A DNA stretch of 25,346 nt from a virus (Duplodnaviria > Caudoviricetes): the IMG/VR virus record IMGVR_UViG_3300025103_000142, positions 1 to 25,346 of that record. One strand, written 5' to 3'. The notes below the pieces were generated by a model. The model was not told the origin of the DNA, ran no database searches, and saw only the letters and a program-made list of their open reading frames with translations. The translations under genes and the position numbers were made by a program. Below, in pieces: positions 1 through 9,595 of the stretch. The first letter of the stretch is position 1. Every line of letters starts with the position of its first letter.

Positions 1-1
1 T

Positions 2-1237
2 AAATGTATGATGGGCTCAACTTCAAATGCTTTAGATAAAGGTGGAGAGAATTTTAAAAAACTATACAATGCCTCAGATGTCACGAAACGAAATAGAAAT
101 GGTCAGACAAAGTCTGGCTTATACTCTTTGTTTATCCCAATGGAATGGAACTATGAAGGGTTTATTGACGAGCATGGAGTTCCAGTCTTTACTACTCCTG
201 ATATCGATAGATTCGCACCAGACGGTGAACTGATAGATGTAGGTGTAATAGATAACTGGCAGAATGAGGTTGATGGGTTAAAAGACGATCAAGATGGATT
301 AAACGAATTTTACCGTCAATTCCCAAGAACAACTGAACACGCGTTTAGAGATGAGACGAAAGGAAGTATATTTAACTTAGTTAAAATATACGAGCAGATA
401 GACCACAATGAGGAGTTGTCTAGAACCTTAGGGGTTACAACAGGTAATTTTCAATGGGTAAATGGTATAAAAGATTCTCAAGTTATATTTTATCCAGATC
501 CAAAAGGAAGATTTAAAGTTAGTTGGGTTCCACCTCAACAACTACAAAATAGAGTTGTACTTAAAAACGGTATTAAATATCCTGGTAATGAACACATGGG
601 AGCTTTTGGTTGTGATAGTTACGATATATCAGGTACAGTAGATGGAGTTGGATCCAAGGGAGCTTTGCATGGCTTAACTAGATTTAGTATGGAAGACGCT
701 CCGGCTAACAGTTTCTTTTTAGAATACTTATCAAGACCACCAACAGCTGAAATATTTTTTGAGGACGTTCTAATGGCTCTAGTATTTTACGGGATGCCTA
801 TACTCGCAGAGAACAATAAACCTCGTCTATTGTATTATTTAAGACGAAGAGGATACAGAGGGTTTTCCATGAACAGACCTGATAAGATATGGAACAAACT
901 ATCTGTAGCAGAAAAAGAAGTTGGTGGAATACCTAACTCCTCAGAAGATATTAAACAAGCTCATGCTGCTGCAATTGAGATGTATATACAGGATCACGTT
1001 GGAATGAAACAAGATGGAACGTTTGGAGATTTATATTTCAACGAACTGTTAAATGATTGGAGTAAGTTTGATATAAACAAAAGAACAAAGCATGATGCGT
1101 CTATAAGTTCTGGTTTAGCTATCATGGCTAACAATAGACATTTATACGCACCAAACGCTAAGGTTGAAAAACAACCACTAAACATAAACATTTCCAAGTA
1201 TAGTAATACTGGAAGCAATTCACAAATAATCAAATAA
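2..1237 (+). CDS. terL: Terminase large subunit, C-terminal part (5'-truncated by window edge)
   Basis: Frame is open from base 2 (KCMMGSTSN, resembling ATPase motif III), so the ATG at 8 is probably internal. RNase H-like nuclease acidic motifs GCDSYD, LAENN and HDASISSGLA follow. Lies directly upstream of a portal-sized gene. Confidence 0.88.
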   Translation, partial: KCMMGSTSNALDKGGENFKKLYNASDVTKRNRNGQTKSGLYSLFIPMEWNYEGFIDEHGVPVFTTPDIDRFAPDGELIDVGVIDNWQNEVDGLKDDQDGLNEFYRQFPRTTEHAFRDETKGSIFNLVKIYEQIDHNEELSRTLGVTTGNFQWVNGIKDSQVIFYPDPKGRFKVSWVPPQQLQNRVVLKNGIKYPGNEHMGAFGCDSYDISGTVDGVGSKGALHGLTRFSMEDAPANSFFLEYLSRPPTAEIFFEDVLMALVFYGMPILAENNKPRLLYYLRRRGYRGFSMNRPDKIWNKLSVAEKEVGGIPNSSEDIKQAHAAAIEMYIQDHVGMKQDGTFGDLYFNELLNDWSKFDINKRTKHDASISSGLAIMANNRHLYAPNAKVEKQPLNINISKYSNTGSNSQIIK

Positions 1238-1242
1238 TAAAT

Positions 1243-3660
1243 ATGGCAGAGTCTGGCATTAAAAGTTATTTCCCGAGTCAAACAGTTAGCGATGCTGAAA
1301 AGTTAAGTTACGATTATGGTTTGAAAGTAGGTAAAGCAATAGAACAAGAGTGGTTTAACAACGATAGAAGTAATAGTAGGTATAAATCTAATCATAATGA
1401 TTTTCATAATTTAAGATTGTACGCTAGAGGCGAACAGTCTATCCAAAAGTATAAGGATGAGTTATCTATAAATGGTGATTTGTCCTATTTAAATTTAGAC
1501 TGGAAACCAGTTCCAATTATATCTAAATTTGTGGATATAGTTGTAAATGGTATTGCTGAAAGAACTTATGACATAAGTGCTTTTGCACAAGATCCGACTA
1601 GTTTAAAACAACGAACTGACTATGCGGAAAATTTAATATCGGACATAGAGATGAAAGATATTAATGATTTTGCGGCTCAATTCGGGATGGATATAACCAA
1701 AGGAGATAAATCACAAAACCCTCAAACCGTTGACGAGGCTAGGCTACACATGCAACTTAGTTATAAGCAAGCCATTGAAATCGCTGAAGAGCAAGCATTA
1801 AAAGTTTTGTTTGAAGGAAATAATTATGAATTAATAAAGAAAAGATTTTATTATGATCTAACGGTTCTGGGTATTGGCGCTGTTAAAACTTCATTTAATA
1901 CAGCTGAAGGAGTTGTTATTGATTACGTTGATCCAGCTAACTTGGTTTACTCTCATACTGATTCGCCTTATTTCGAGGATATATATTATGTTGGTGAGGT
2001 GAAATCTATCCCAGTAAACGAATTAGCAAAACAATTCCCTCATTTATCAGAGAGCGATCTTGAAGATATAATGAAGAATAAAACGTTTAATAAAAACAAT
2101 AGTAGTACTAGGTACTCTTCGGGCAATGAAGATAACAACATTATTCAAGTTTTATACTTTAATTATAAAACCTATATGAACGAGGTTTACAAAGTTAAAG
2201 AAACTGGAACAGGTGCTGACAAAATCATACCCAAGGATGATAGTTTTAATCCACCAGAAGACAAAGAGGGTGGATATGGTAGAATGCTAAGATCTATAGA
2301 GTGCCTTTACGATGGGGCTATGATTTTAGGTACAGACAAGCTACTTAAGTGGGAGATGGCTAAAAACATGATGCGTCCAAAAAGTGATTATACTAAAGTT
2401 AAAATGAACTATAATATTGTCGCTCCTAGAATGTATAACGGCAAGATAGATTCGTTAGTAAAGCGTATAACAGGTTTTGCTGATATGATTCAGTTAACAC
2501 ACCTCAAATTACAACAAGTAATGTCTAGAATGGTTCCAGATGGAGTTTATTTAGATGTTGACGGTTTGGCTGAGGTTGATTTAGGTAATGGAACAAACTA
2601 TAACCCACAAGAAGCTTTAAACATGTTCTTCCAAACAGGTTCTGTTATTGGAAGAAGCTTTACAAGTGAAGGTGATCACAATCCGGGCAAAGTACCCATT
2701 CAAGAAATTACATCTGGATCTGGTGGTAACAAAATGCAGGCGCTAATTGGCACATATAACTACTATCTACAAATGATAAGAGATGTGACTGGGCTCAACG
2801 AGGCTAGAGACGGTAGTATGCCAGATAAAAATGCTTTAGTTGGTATTCAAAAAATGGCAGCTGCTAATTCAAATGTAGCAACAAGACATGTATTACAAGC
2901 TGGTTTGTTTTTAACAGCCGAAACAGCAGAGTGTTTGTCACTTAGAATATCTGATATTATAGAATACTCGCCAACAAAAGACGCTTTTATACAAGCGATA
3001 GGTGTTCACAACGCGGCCACCTTAGAAGAAATAAAAAATTTACACTTGTATGATTTTGGTATATTTATAGAGTTAACCCCAGATGAAGAGGAAAAACAAT
3101 TACTCGAAAATAATATTCAAATGGCACTACAGCAGCAAAGCATAGAACTTGAAGATGCTATTGATCTTAGAGAAATACGTAACATAAAATTAGCTAATCA
3201 AATGCTAAAAATACGTAGACAGAAAAAACAAGAAGAAGATAGGGCTATGCAATTAGAAAATATTGAAGCTCAAACAGAGTCTAATACTAAAGCTGCGCAA
3301 GCTGCGGCTCAAACTGAAGTTCAAAAAAACCAAGCGTTAAATGCTGGTAAAGCTGAGCTAAACCAAATGCAAGCTCAAATTGATATACAGAAAATGCAAC
3401 AAGAAGTTGTTCTCAAAAAAGAACTTATGGCCTTAGAGTTCCAGTACAATATGCAGCTTAAGGGAATTGAGGTTGATGGAATGAAAGATAGAGAAAAACA
3501 AAAAGAAGATCGTAAAGACGAAAGAACAAAGATACAAGCAACACAACAATCAGAGATGATTGAGCAAAGAAATAGTGGAAAACCACCTAAAAACTTTGAG
3601 TCCGCAGGTAATGATATACTAGGTGGGGGATTTGATTTAGGTTCGTTTGACCCTAGTTAG
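1243..3660 (+). CDS. Portal protein
   Basis: 805 aa, immediately after terL. Helical body with portal-like segments (DLTVLGIG, IRDVTGLNEARDG) and a long Q/E/K-rich C-terminal coiled coil like the P22-type portal barrel. Confidence 0.85.
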   Translation: MAESGIKSYFPSQTVSDAEKLSYDYGLKVGKAIEQEWFNNDRSNSRYKSNHNDFHNLRLYARGEQSIQKYKDELSINGDLSYLNLDWKPVPIISKFVDIVVNGIAERTYDISAFAQDPTSLKQRTDYAENLISDIEMKDINDFAAQFGMDITKGDKSQNPQTVDEARLHMQLSYKQAIEIAEEQALKVLFEGNNYELIKKRFYYDLTVLGIGAVKTSFNTAEGVVIDYVDPANLVYSHTDSPYFEDIYYVGEVKSIPVNELAKQFPHLSESDLEDIMKNKTFNKNNSSTRYSSGNEDNNIIQVLYFNYKTYMNEVYKVKETGTGADKIIPKDDSFNPPEDKEGGYGRMLRSIECLYDGAMILGTDKLLKWEMAKNMMRPKSDYTKVKMNYNIVAPRMYNGKIDSLVKRITGFADMIQLTHLKLQQVMSRMVPDGVYLDVDGLAEVDLGNGTNYNPQEALNMFFQTGSVIGRSFTSEGDHNPGKVPIQEITSGSGGNKMQALIGTYNYYLQMIRDVTGLNEARDGSMPDKNALVGIQKMAAANSNVATRHVLQAGLFLTAETAECLSLRISDIIEYSPTKDAFIQAIGVHNAATLEEIKNLHLYDFGIFIELTPDEEEKQLLENNIQMALQQQSIELEDAIDLREIRNIKLANQMLKIRRQKKQEEDRAMQLENIEAQTESNTKAAQAAAQTEVQKNQALNAGKAELNQMQAQIDIQKMQQEVVLKKELMALEFQYNMQLKGIEVDGMKDREKQKEDRKDERTKIQATQQSEMIEQRNSGKPPKNFESAGNDILGGGFDLGSFDPS

Positions 3661-3662
3661 AA

Positions 3663-3692
3663 TTTATTAATTATTATTATATTATATTATGG
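3663..3692 (+). promoter_or_regulatory. AT-only leader motif, copy 1 (upstream of scaffold gene)
   Basis: TTTATTAATTATTATTATATTATATTATGG, nearly identical to the leader at 6363-6393. Confidence 0.45.
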
Positions 3693-4843
3693 AAGAAGAA
3701 AACGAAAAAGTAGTCGAAGAGACTACCCAAGAACAGACCGTAGAAACGGTTGATGAAAGCAAATTTGAATCTGCCAATGACGATAGCGTTATTAAGGTAG
3801 ATTTAAACGCACCTCCACAAGAAAAAGTAGAAACAGAAGTTGTGGCGGAAGAAAAATCTGAAGAAGTTGTGACTGAGGTTACGGGTGAAACAGATGTACA
3901 ATCAGAAGCTGAAACTCAAGAAACCCCAGTATTAGAAGAAATTACTGAAGACGAGGTTGAAGAGGTTGAAGAGCAGATTGAAGAAGCTGTTGCTGAAGCT
4001 GAGGCTACTGGAAAACCATTACCAGAGAATATCCAAAAGTTAATGGACTTTATGGAGGAAACTGGAGGTGATTTAAGTGATTATGTTAAGCTTAATCAAG
4101 ATTATTCAAAGTTAGACGACCAAAGTCTATTGTACGAATACTACAAGCAAACGAAACCTCATTTAAATAATGAAGAAATTAACTTCCTTATGGAAGATAC
4201 ATTCTCATTCGACGAAGATATTGACGACGAAAGAGATATACGTAGAAAGAAATTAGCGCTTAAAGAGCAAGTTGCCAGCGCTAAAAGCCACCTAGACGGG
4301 CAAAAGTCTAAATACTATGAAGAGATTAAAGCTGGATCGAAACTCACAACTGAGCAACAGAAAGCAATTAATTTCTTTGATAGGTACAACAAGGAGTCAG
4401 AAGCAACTCAAAAAACAGTTAAAACGAACTCTGATATTTTTACACAGAAAACTGAAAATGTTTTCAACGACAAATTCAAAGGTTTTGAATATAACGTCGG
4501 TGACAAGAAATACAGGTTTAATGTAAACAATGCTGAAGAGGTTAAAAACACTCAGAGCGACATAAGCAATTTCACCAAAAAGTTTTTGGACAAGAACTCT
4601 GCTTTAACAGACGCTAAGGGTTATCATAAATCTCTATACACAGCAATGAATGCGGACGCTGTTGCAAAACACTTTTACGAACAAGGAAAAGCAGATGCTA
4701 TGAAAAATAGTATTGCTAAATCCAAAAACGTTGATATGAACCCAAGACAAAGTCATGGAAAAATTGAAGCGGGTGGTATGAAGTTTAAAGTGTTGGGTGA
4801 TGATTCTTCTGATTTTAAGTTCAAAATTAAAAATAGAAAATAA
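3689..4843 (+). CDS. Probable capsid scaffolding/assembly protein
   Basis: 384 aa between portal and MCP. Very acidic, low-complexity E/V/T N-terminus, helical core and basic C-terminal tail (FKFKIKNRK), typical of scaffolds. Confidence 0.6.
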   Translation: MEEENEKVVEETTQEQTVETVDESKFESANDDSVIKVDLNAPPQEKVETEVVAEEKSEEVVTEVTGETDVQSEAETQETPVLEEITEDEVEEVEEQIEEAVAEAEATGKPLPENIQKLMDFMEETGGDLSDYVKLNQDYSKLDDQSLLYEYYKQTKPHLNNEEINFLMEDTFSFDEDIDDERDIRRKKLALKEQVASAKSHLDGQKSKYYEEIKAGSKLTTEQQKAINFFDRYNKESEATQKTVKTNSDIFTQKTENVFNDKFKGFEYNVGDKKYRFNVNNAEEVKNTQSDISNFTKKFLDKNSALTDAKGYHKSLYTAMNADAVAKHFYEQGKADAMKNSIAKSKNVDMNPRQSHGKIEAGGMKFKVLGDDSSDFKFKIKNRK

Positions 4844-4869
4844 TTACAAATTTAAAACATTTATAAAAA

Positions 4870-6315
4870 ATGGCAAGTGCAATAGGAACAATTACGGCTG
4901 GTGGGAGTTTAAACTCGGTACCAGCTCCAGGTAAACAAACTGTAGCTTCAGCATACGTTGATTTAAGAAACAGCGGTTGGGCTCAACAATATTTACCTGA
5001 TTTAATGGAAAAGGAAGCTGAAGTTTTCGGTAACAGAACAATTTCAGGTTTCTTAGCGCAAGTAGGCGCTGAAGAAGCAATGCAAGCTGATCAAGTGGTT
5101 TGGTCAGAGCAAGGACAATTACATTTATCAGCGGCAGGTGTTATCGACGCTGACGGTGGTGCGGCAACAGGTGCTGGACAAGTAACAACAACGGATACAA
5201 CTCATACAATTAGACTTGGTGATACAGTTGTATTAAACAGATCGGGCGTAGGAACTCTTAAGTGTTACGTTACAGCTGTAGCGTCTGATGGTACTACTTA
5301 TGACTGTATACCTTATACTCAATCAAAAATGGATTCTAGTGCTACGGGTGACCTCACATTTACTGATGGAGCTGTTACAGGTTTCGTTTTTGGATCTGAA
5401 TACACTAAAGGTGTAGCTGGAAGAGGAGAATCTGTTCAACCAGCATTCTTATCTTTCACTAACAAACCGGTTATCTTAAAAGACCTTTACGAAGTATCAG
5501 GATCTGATGCTTCTGCAATTGGTTGGATTGAGGTTTCTGGAGAAGATGGTCAAAACGGTTACTTGTGGTATTTAAAAGCTGCTGGTGATACTGTGTCTAG
5601 ATTCGCTGATTACTGTGAAATGACATGTATTGAGGGTGAATTAACTGCTGATGATGGTGATGGTGGTGCAGCTGCAACAGAAGCTGTATTAGGCGCTCAG
5701 TCTGGTACTGAAGGTTTATTCTCTGCGATTAAGAAAAGAGGTAACTCTATCGATCAACTTAATACGGATGATACAGCGGCGCATAACTTAGCTTCATTTG
5801 ATTTAATTCTTGCTGAGTTTGATAAGCAAGGCTCTATTGAAGAAAACATGATGTTCTTAAACAGAGGAACTGCTCTAGCGATCGACGACATGTTAGCTTC
5901 TATGAACTCTTATGGTGCTAGTGGTACTTCTTATGGAGTATTCGATAACTCTGAAGATATGGCGTTAAACTTAGGTTTCTCAGGTTTCAGACGTGGATCT
6001 TATGATTTCTACAAATCTGATTGGAAATACTTAAACGATGTTACTACAAGAGGTGCTTTTAGTGATGTTGATGGTGTTATCGTTCCAGCTGGAGTTTCTT
6101 CAGTTTACGATCAGTCTTTAGGTAAAAACCTTAAGAGACCATTCTTACATATAAGATACAGAGCTTCACAAACTGAATCAAGAAAAATGAAAACTTGGAT
6201 CACTGGATCTGTTGGTGCAGCTACATCTAGCTTAGATGCTATGGAAGTACACCACTTATCTGAAAGATGTTTAGTTACTCAAGGAGCTAATAACTTCATG
6301 TTATTAACTGCTTAA
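4870..6315 (+). CDS. Major capsid protein (HK97 fold inferred)
   Basis: 481 aa in the canonical slot after portal and scaffold. Codon usage biased toward GCT/GGT/TCT/TTC/AAC, suggesting high expression. Followed by an intrinsic terminator. Confidence 0.85.
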   Translation: MASAIGTITAGGSLNSVPAPGKQTVASAYVDLRNSGWAQQYLPDLMEKEAEVFGNRTISGFLAQVGAEEAMQADQVVWSEQGQLHLSAAGVIDADGGAATGAGQVTTTDTTHTIRLGDTVVLNRSGVGTLKCYVTAVASDGTTYDCIPYTQSKMDSSATGDLTFTDGAVTGFVFGSEYTKGVAGRGESVQPAFLSFTNKPVILKDLYEVSGSDASAIGWIEVSGEDGQNGYLWYLKAAGDTVSRFADYCEMTCIEGELTADDGDGGAAATEAVLGAQSGTEGLFSAIKKRGNSIDQLNTDDTAAHNLASFDLILAEFDKQGSIEENMMFLNRGTALAIDDMLASMNSYGASGTSYGVFDNSEDMALNLGFSGFRRGSYDFYKSDWKYLNDVTTRGAFSDVDGVIVPAGVSSVYDQSLGKNLKRPFLHIRYRASQTESRKMKTWITGSVGAATSSLDAMEVHHLSERCLVTQGANNFMLLTA

Positions 6316-6327
6316 GCATTTATATTT

Positions 6328-6365
6328 AAAACCGTCCCCTGAAACACGGGGATGGTTTTTATTTT
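6328..6365 (+). terminator. Rho-independent terminator after major capsid gene
   Basis: AAAACCGTCCCC-TGAAACAC-GGGGATGGTTTT stem-loop (one G-U pair) running into TTTTTATTTT, 12 nt after the MCP stop. Confidence 0.85.
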
Positions 6366-6393
6366 ATTAATTTTATTATATATTATATTATGG
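6363..6393 (+). promoter_or_regulatory. AT-only leader motif, copy 2 (upstream of the 273-aa gene)
   Basis: TTTATTAATTTTATTATATATTATATTATGG. Shares the first 10 and last 15 nt with copy 1. Confidence 0.45.
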
Positions 6394-7211
6394 CAAAAAA
6401 ACAAAAAACACAAAAGGTCGTAGAACCTTTAATAGAAAAAGACTTCGAAGAAGTTGAAACACCGGTTATGGAAAAACCATTACCGAAAAAAAATAATTGG
6501 GAAATGAAGGATAGGCGCTATATTTTAAAAAATGGAGCTGCACTATCTCACACTTTAAAATCTTCAAACATTTATTACTTCGATGAGGAGAAAGGATATG
6601 AAAGAGAATTAAAGTACACCACTAATCAAAAAACACCTTTTGTTGACGAGTTTAAGGGTAATGCTAGATTAGCACATATCACTTTTAGAGATGGAGTATT
6701 ATATGTTCCTAAAAACAAACAAACTTTACAAAAGTTATTATCTTTATACCATCCAGATTTAAATAAAAAATATGCGGAGCACAAACCCGTTGCTATAGCT
6801 AGCAATCAAGTAGAGCTTATTGAATTAGAGATAGAAGCATTAAATGCTGCTCAAAACATGGATATAGATATGGCTGAAGCAGTCATGCGTGTAGAAAAAG
6901 GTTCTGAGGTATCAGGGATGAGTTCTAAGGAGCTTAAAAGAGATTTACTATTATACGCTAAGAGAAACCCAGGTTTGTTCTTAGAATTAGTAAATGACGA
7001 AAACGTTGTGCTTAGAAACTTTGGTATCAAAGCAACTGAAATGGGGATATTAAAATTATCCTCTGATCAAAGAACATTTACGTGGGGTTCTAATGATAGA
7101 AAGCTAATGAATGTTCCATTTGATGAACACCCTTATTCAGCTTTAGCCGCTTGGTTTAAAACTGACGAAGGAATGGAGATTTACTCCAATATTGAAAAAA
7201 GATTAAATTAA
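6390..7211 (+). CDS. Conserved hypothetical phage protein (possibly virion or assembly related)
   Basis: 273-aa ORF with normal composition, directly downstream of the MCP terminator. No recognisable catalytic motif. Confidence 0.6.
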   Translation: MAKKQKTQKVVEPLIEKDFEEVETPVMEKPLPKKNNWEMKDRRYILKNGAALSHTLKSSNIYYFDEEKGYERELKYTTNQKTPFVDEFKGNARLAHITFRDGVLYVPKNKQTLQKLLSLYHPDLNKKYAEHKPVAIASNQVELIELEIEALNAAQNMDIDMAEAVMRVEKGSEVSGMSSKELKRDLLLYAKRNPGLFLELVNDENVVLRNFGIKATEMGILKLSSDQRTFTWGSNDRKLMNVPFDEHPYSALAAWFKTDEGMEIYSNIEKRLN

Positions 7212-7217
7212 TCTAAC

Positions 7218-7256
7218 TGTAGATGCGGTCGCTCTACGGGGCGATCGTAAACTACA
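7218..7256 (+). other. Intergenic RNA hairpin with cUACGg tetraloop, no U-tract
   Basis: TGTAG-A-TGCGGTCGCTC-TACG-GGGCGATCGTA-AA-CTACA: 11-bp inner stem (3 G-U pairs) plus 5-bp outer stem, UNCG loop closed by C-G. Confidence 0.7.
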
Positions 7257-7271
7257 AATTAAAAAGAAATT

Positions 7272-7985
7272 ATGGTAAGTGTAGATGTGGTGTATCAAAA
7301 AGTTTTAGCAATAGCTAACAAAGAGCAAAGGGGTTATATAACACCCCAGGAGTTTAACCTATTTGCCGATCACGCGCAAAAAGATATTTTTAGACAGTAT
7401 TTTTATGAGTTAGAGCAGTTTGAGAGAAAAGCCAATAGCGATATAGTTGAATTATTAGAGCAAAAAATTAGTGCTTTCGAAAAGTATGACCAAGTTGCGG
7501 GGCTTTCGGCAAACTGGGGTGATGTGAGCCTACCCCCCGATATATATAGGTTAGGAATGGTGAGGGTTGATTACGGTATCACGGGCAGTTTTAAAACCGC
7601 CGAACATGTTAAGCTTAGCGAACTTAACGCTGGGCTTGGTCCGTTAACGGATTGGAATTATTCGAGACCTGTTTACACTATGATATCAAGTTCCAGCGGA
7701 GGAAGTAAACTTAGAGTTTATCCATACCCAGTACCGCCTGAACGTGTTTTGCTTTCTTACGTAGCCGAACCTAGTAAACCAAACTGGACATATGTGGTAG
7801 TCGGTGAATCCGCTATGTTTGATGATTTAGTTCCTGGATTTCAGGATTTTGAATTACACCCCTCAGAGGAAACGTTGCTTGTAATAAAAATATTACAACT
7901 AGCGGGTATCAACGTCAAAGACCCGGCGTTAGTTCAATTAGCTTCTCTAGAAGAGCAGAGAAAAATACAACAAGAAAAACAATAA
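7272..7985 (+). CDS. Tail tubular / head-tail adaptor (ring) protein
   Basis: 237 aa. N-terminal helical motif (NKEQRGYITPQEFNLFA) and C-terminal FELHPSEE..LVIKILQLAG pattern resemble podovirus adaptor/ring proteins. Synteny after the head genes. Confidence 0.6.
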   Translation: MVSVDVVYQKVLAIANKEQRGYITPQEFNLFADHAQKDIFRQYFYELEQFERKANSDIVELLEQKISAFEKYDQVAGLSANWGDVSLPPDIYRLGMVRVDYGITGSFKTAEHVKLSELNAGLGPLTDWNYSRPVYTMISSSSGGSKLRVYPYPVPPERVLLSYVAEPSKPNWTYVVVGESAMFDDLVPGFQDFELHPSEETLLVIKILQLAGINVKDPALVQLASLEEQRKIQQEKQ

Positions 7986-7988
7986 TAA

Positions 7989-9590
7989 ATGGGATTACTA
8001 GACAACAATACTCACAAAGAATACTATCAAGGCAATGATTATGGTAATTATCAATTTACATCTTTAGAAGATATTATAAACCAATTTATGGTGGTATATG
8101 TTGGTGAGAATAAGGTGATACCAAAAGCAAGAAGAATAGATGTGGCTTTCCACGCTCAAAGAGCGCTAGCGGAATTATCCTTTGATACTTTCAAGTCTAT
8201 AAAAGCACATCAAATAGATTTACCCCCCACATTAGTTATGCCACTCCCTCAAGATTATGTGAGTTACACAAAGTTATCATGGGTGGATACCGCTGGTATT
8301 AAACACCCGTTATATCCAACAAACTCTACTTCAAATCCATTTCAAATCCGCCAACAAGATGATGGTAAGTATTTCTTTGGAGTGGAGGATAACTTGGTGG
8401 TAAATGGAGATTTTGCTGATGAGCTAGATGGTACTTGGACTACTACTAAGCCGGGGAAAAGTAAAGCTTGGGATAGTACGTACACAAACAATGCTGGGAC
8501 TAAATATTATGTTAACAACATATACGATACGATAAACTTGGTTAACGAAGAGCTAGAATTTGGACAGCTCTGGCACGCCCCCGGTAGTAGAGCGTATGGC
8601 GCTTGGCAAGAAGTTAGCGTTTCACACACTAATAGCATTACTCTTCAGGCATCTGGTTTATCTGGTGCTCAACAAACAAACGCTGGTGGTGATTTGATTT
8701 GTGATTTTGGAGTATTAAGAATTGGTATCACCTCTACTGATCCAGGTGTTGGGTGGTCCGTGACAAATAACAGTGGTAGCAGTGTGTTTGTTGACGGTAA
8801 TCACACTGTTCAAAACCACAGTACATATCCAACTCCAAACACTAATTCTGACAACTTCGACATTGGATACTTAGAGTGGAGCGATGGGACATCTAGTCAA
8901 AAAGAAATTGAAGACATCGATGTTACAGCCCATGATACAATCTGGGTGTATGTGCAGAGTTATTCACCTTGGAATTCTGACGCACAAACAGTTTATAGTC
9001 AAGGAACGGTTGGTGGCAGCACTCCAATACTTCCAACAGAATCAGAGAATAACACACACCAAAAAAATACAGTAGACAGTATATCACTAATAGATTCAAC
9101 AGCACAACCGTCTCTTCAAGCTAAAGCTGGACACGCGACTAATTCCTCAACTTGGAATAGCTACAAGTCAGGTACGCCTTCAGAAAATCAAGACGATTAT
9201 CAAGATGATACTTATTGGCCAGCGGGTGGAGAAAGATATGGATTGGACCCACAACACGCACAAGCAAATGGATCTTTTTATATAGACCCTAGGTTAGGAA
9301 GAATACATTTTTCATCTAATATTTCAGGAAAAACTGTGATCTTAGATTATATAAGTGATAGTCTTGGTACGGACGCAGAAATGCAGGTTCATAAATTTGC
9401 TGAAGAAGCGATGTACAAATGGATATCTCACGCTATGATATCTACATCTCTCTATGGCCAGCAGTTAGTACCTAGGTTTAAAAAAGAGAAATTTGCAGCA
9501 ATCAGACAAGCGAAGTTAAGATTATCTAGCATCAAGTTAGAAGAACTTACTCAAGTTCTAAGAGGTAAGTCGAAACAAATAAAACATTAA
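7989..9590 (+). CDS. Second tail ring/adaptor-type structural protein with an internal CBM-like insertion
   Basis: 533 aa. Helical N- and C-terminal parts (VAFHAQRALAELSFD, LPQDYVSYTKLSW, VILDYISD, VHKFAEEAMYKWI) flank a W/S/T/N/G-rich beta-type region beginning NLVVNGDF. Confidence 0.6.
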   Translation: MGLLDNNTHKEYYQGNDYGNYQFTSLEDIINQFMVVYVGENKVIPKARRIDVAFHAQRALAELSFDTFKSIKAHQIDLPPTLVMPLPQDYVSYTKLSWVDTAGIKHPLYPTNSTSNPFQIRQQDDGKYFFGVEDNLVVNGDFADELDGTWTTTKPGKSKAWDSTYTNNAGTKYYVNNIYDTINLVNEELEFGQLWHAPGSRAYGAWQEVSVSHTNSITLQASGLSGAQQTNAGGDLICDFGVLRIGITSTDPGVGWSVTNNSGSSVFVDGNHTVQNHSTYPTPNTNSDNFDIGYLEWSDGTSSQKEIEDIDVTAHDTIWVYVQSYSPWNSDAQTVYSQGTVGGSTPILPTESENNTHQKNTVDSISLIDSTAQPSLQAKAGHATNSSTWNSYKSGTPSENQDDYQDDTYWPAGGERYGLDPQHAQANGSFYIDPRLGRIHFSSNISGKTVILDYISDSLGTDAEMQVHKFAEEAMYKWISHAMISTSLYGQQLVPRFKKEKFAAIRQAKLRLSSIKLEELTQVLRGKSKQIKH

Positions 9591-9595
9591 TAAGT

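Noticed and set aside
1063-1070. TAAGTTTG match to the Bacteroidota -7 promoter element upstream of portal
   Set aside because: Lies inside terL, has no properly spaced TTTG -33 element, and is likely by chance.
6290-6330. T7 gp10B-like C-terminal frameshift extension of the capsid protein
   Set aside because: No slippery heptamer near the stop, and a terminator follows immediately.
6390-6500. Poly-A runs (A_AAA_AAA) as slippery sites; similar runs at 22151, 23622 and 25183
   Set aside because: Expected from Lys codons in an AT-rich genome, with no downstream stimulatory structure noticed.
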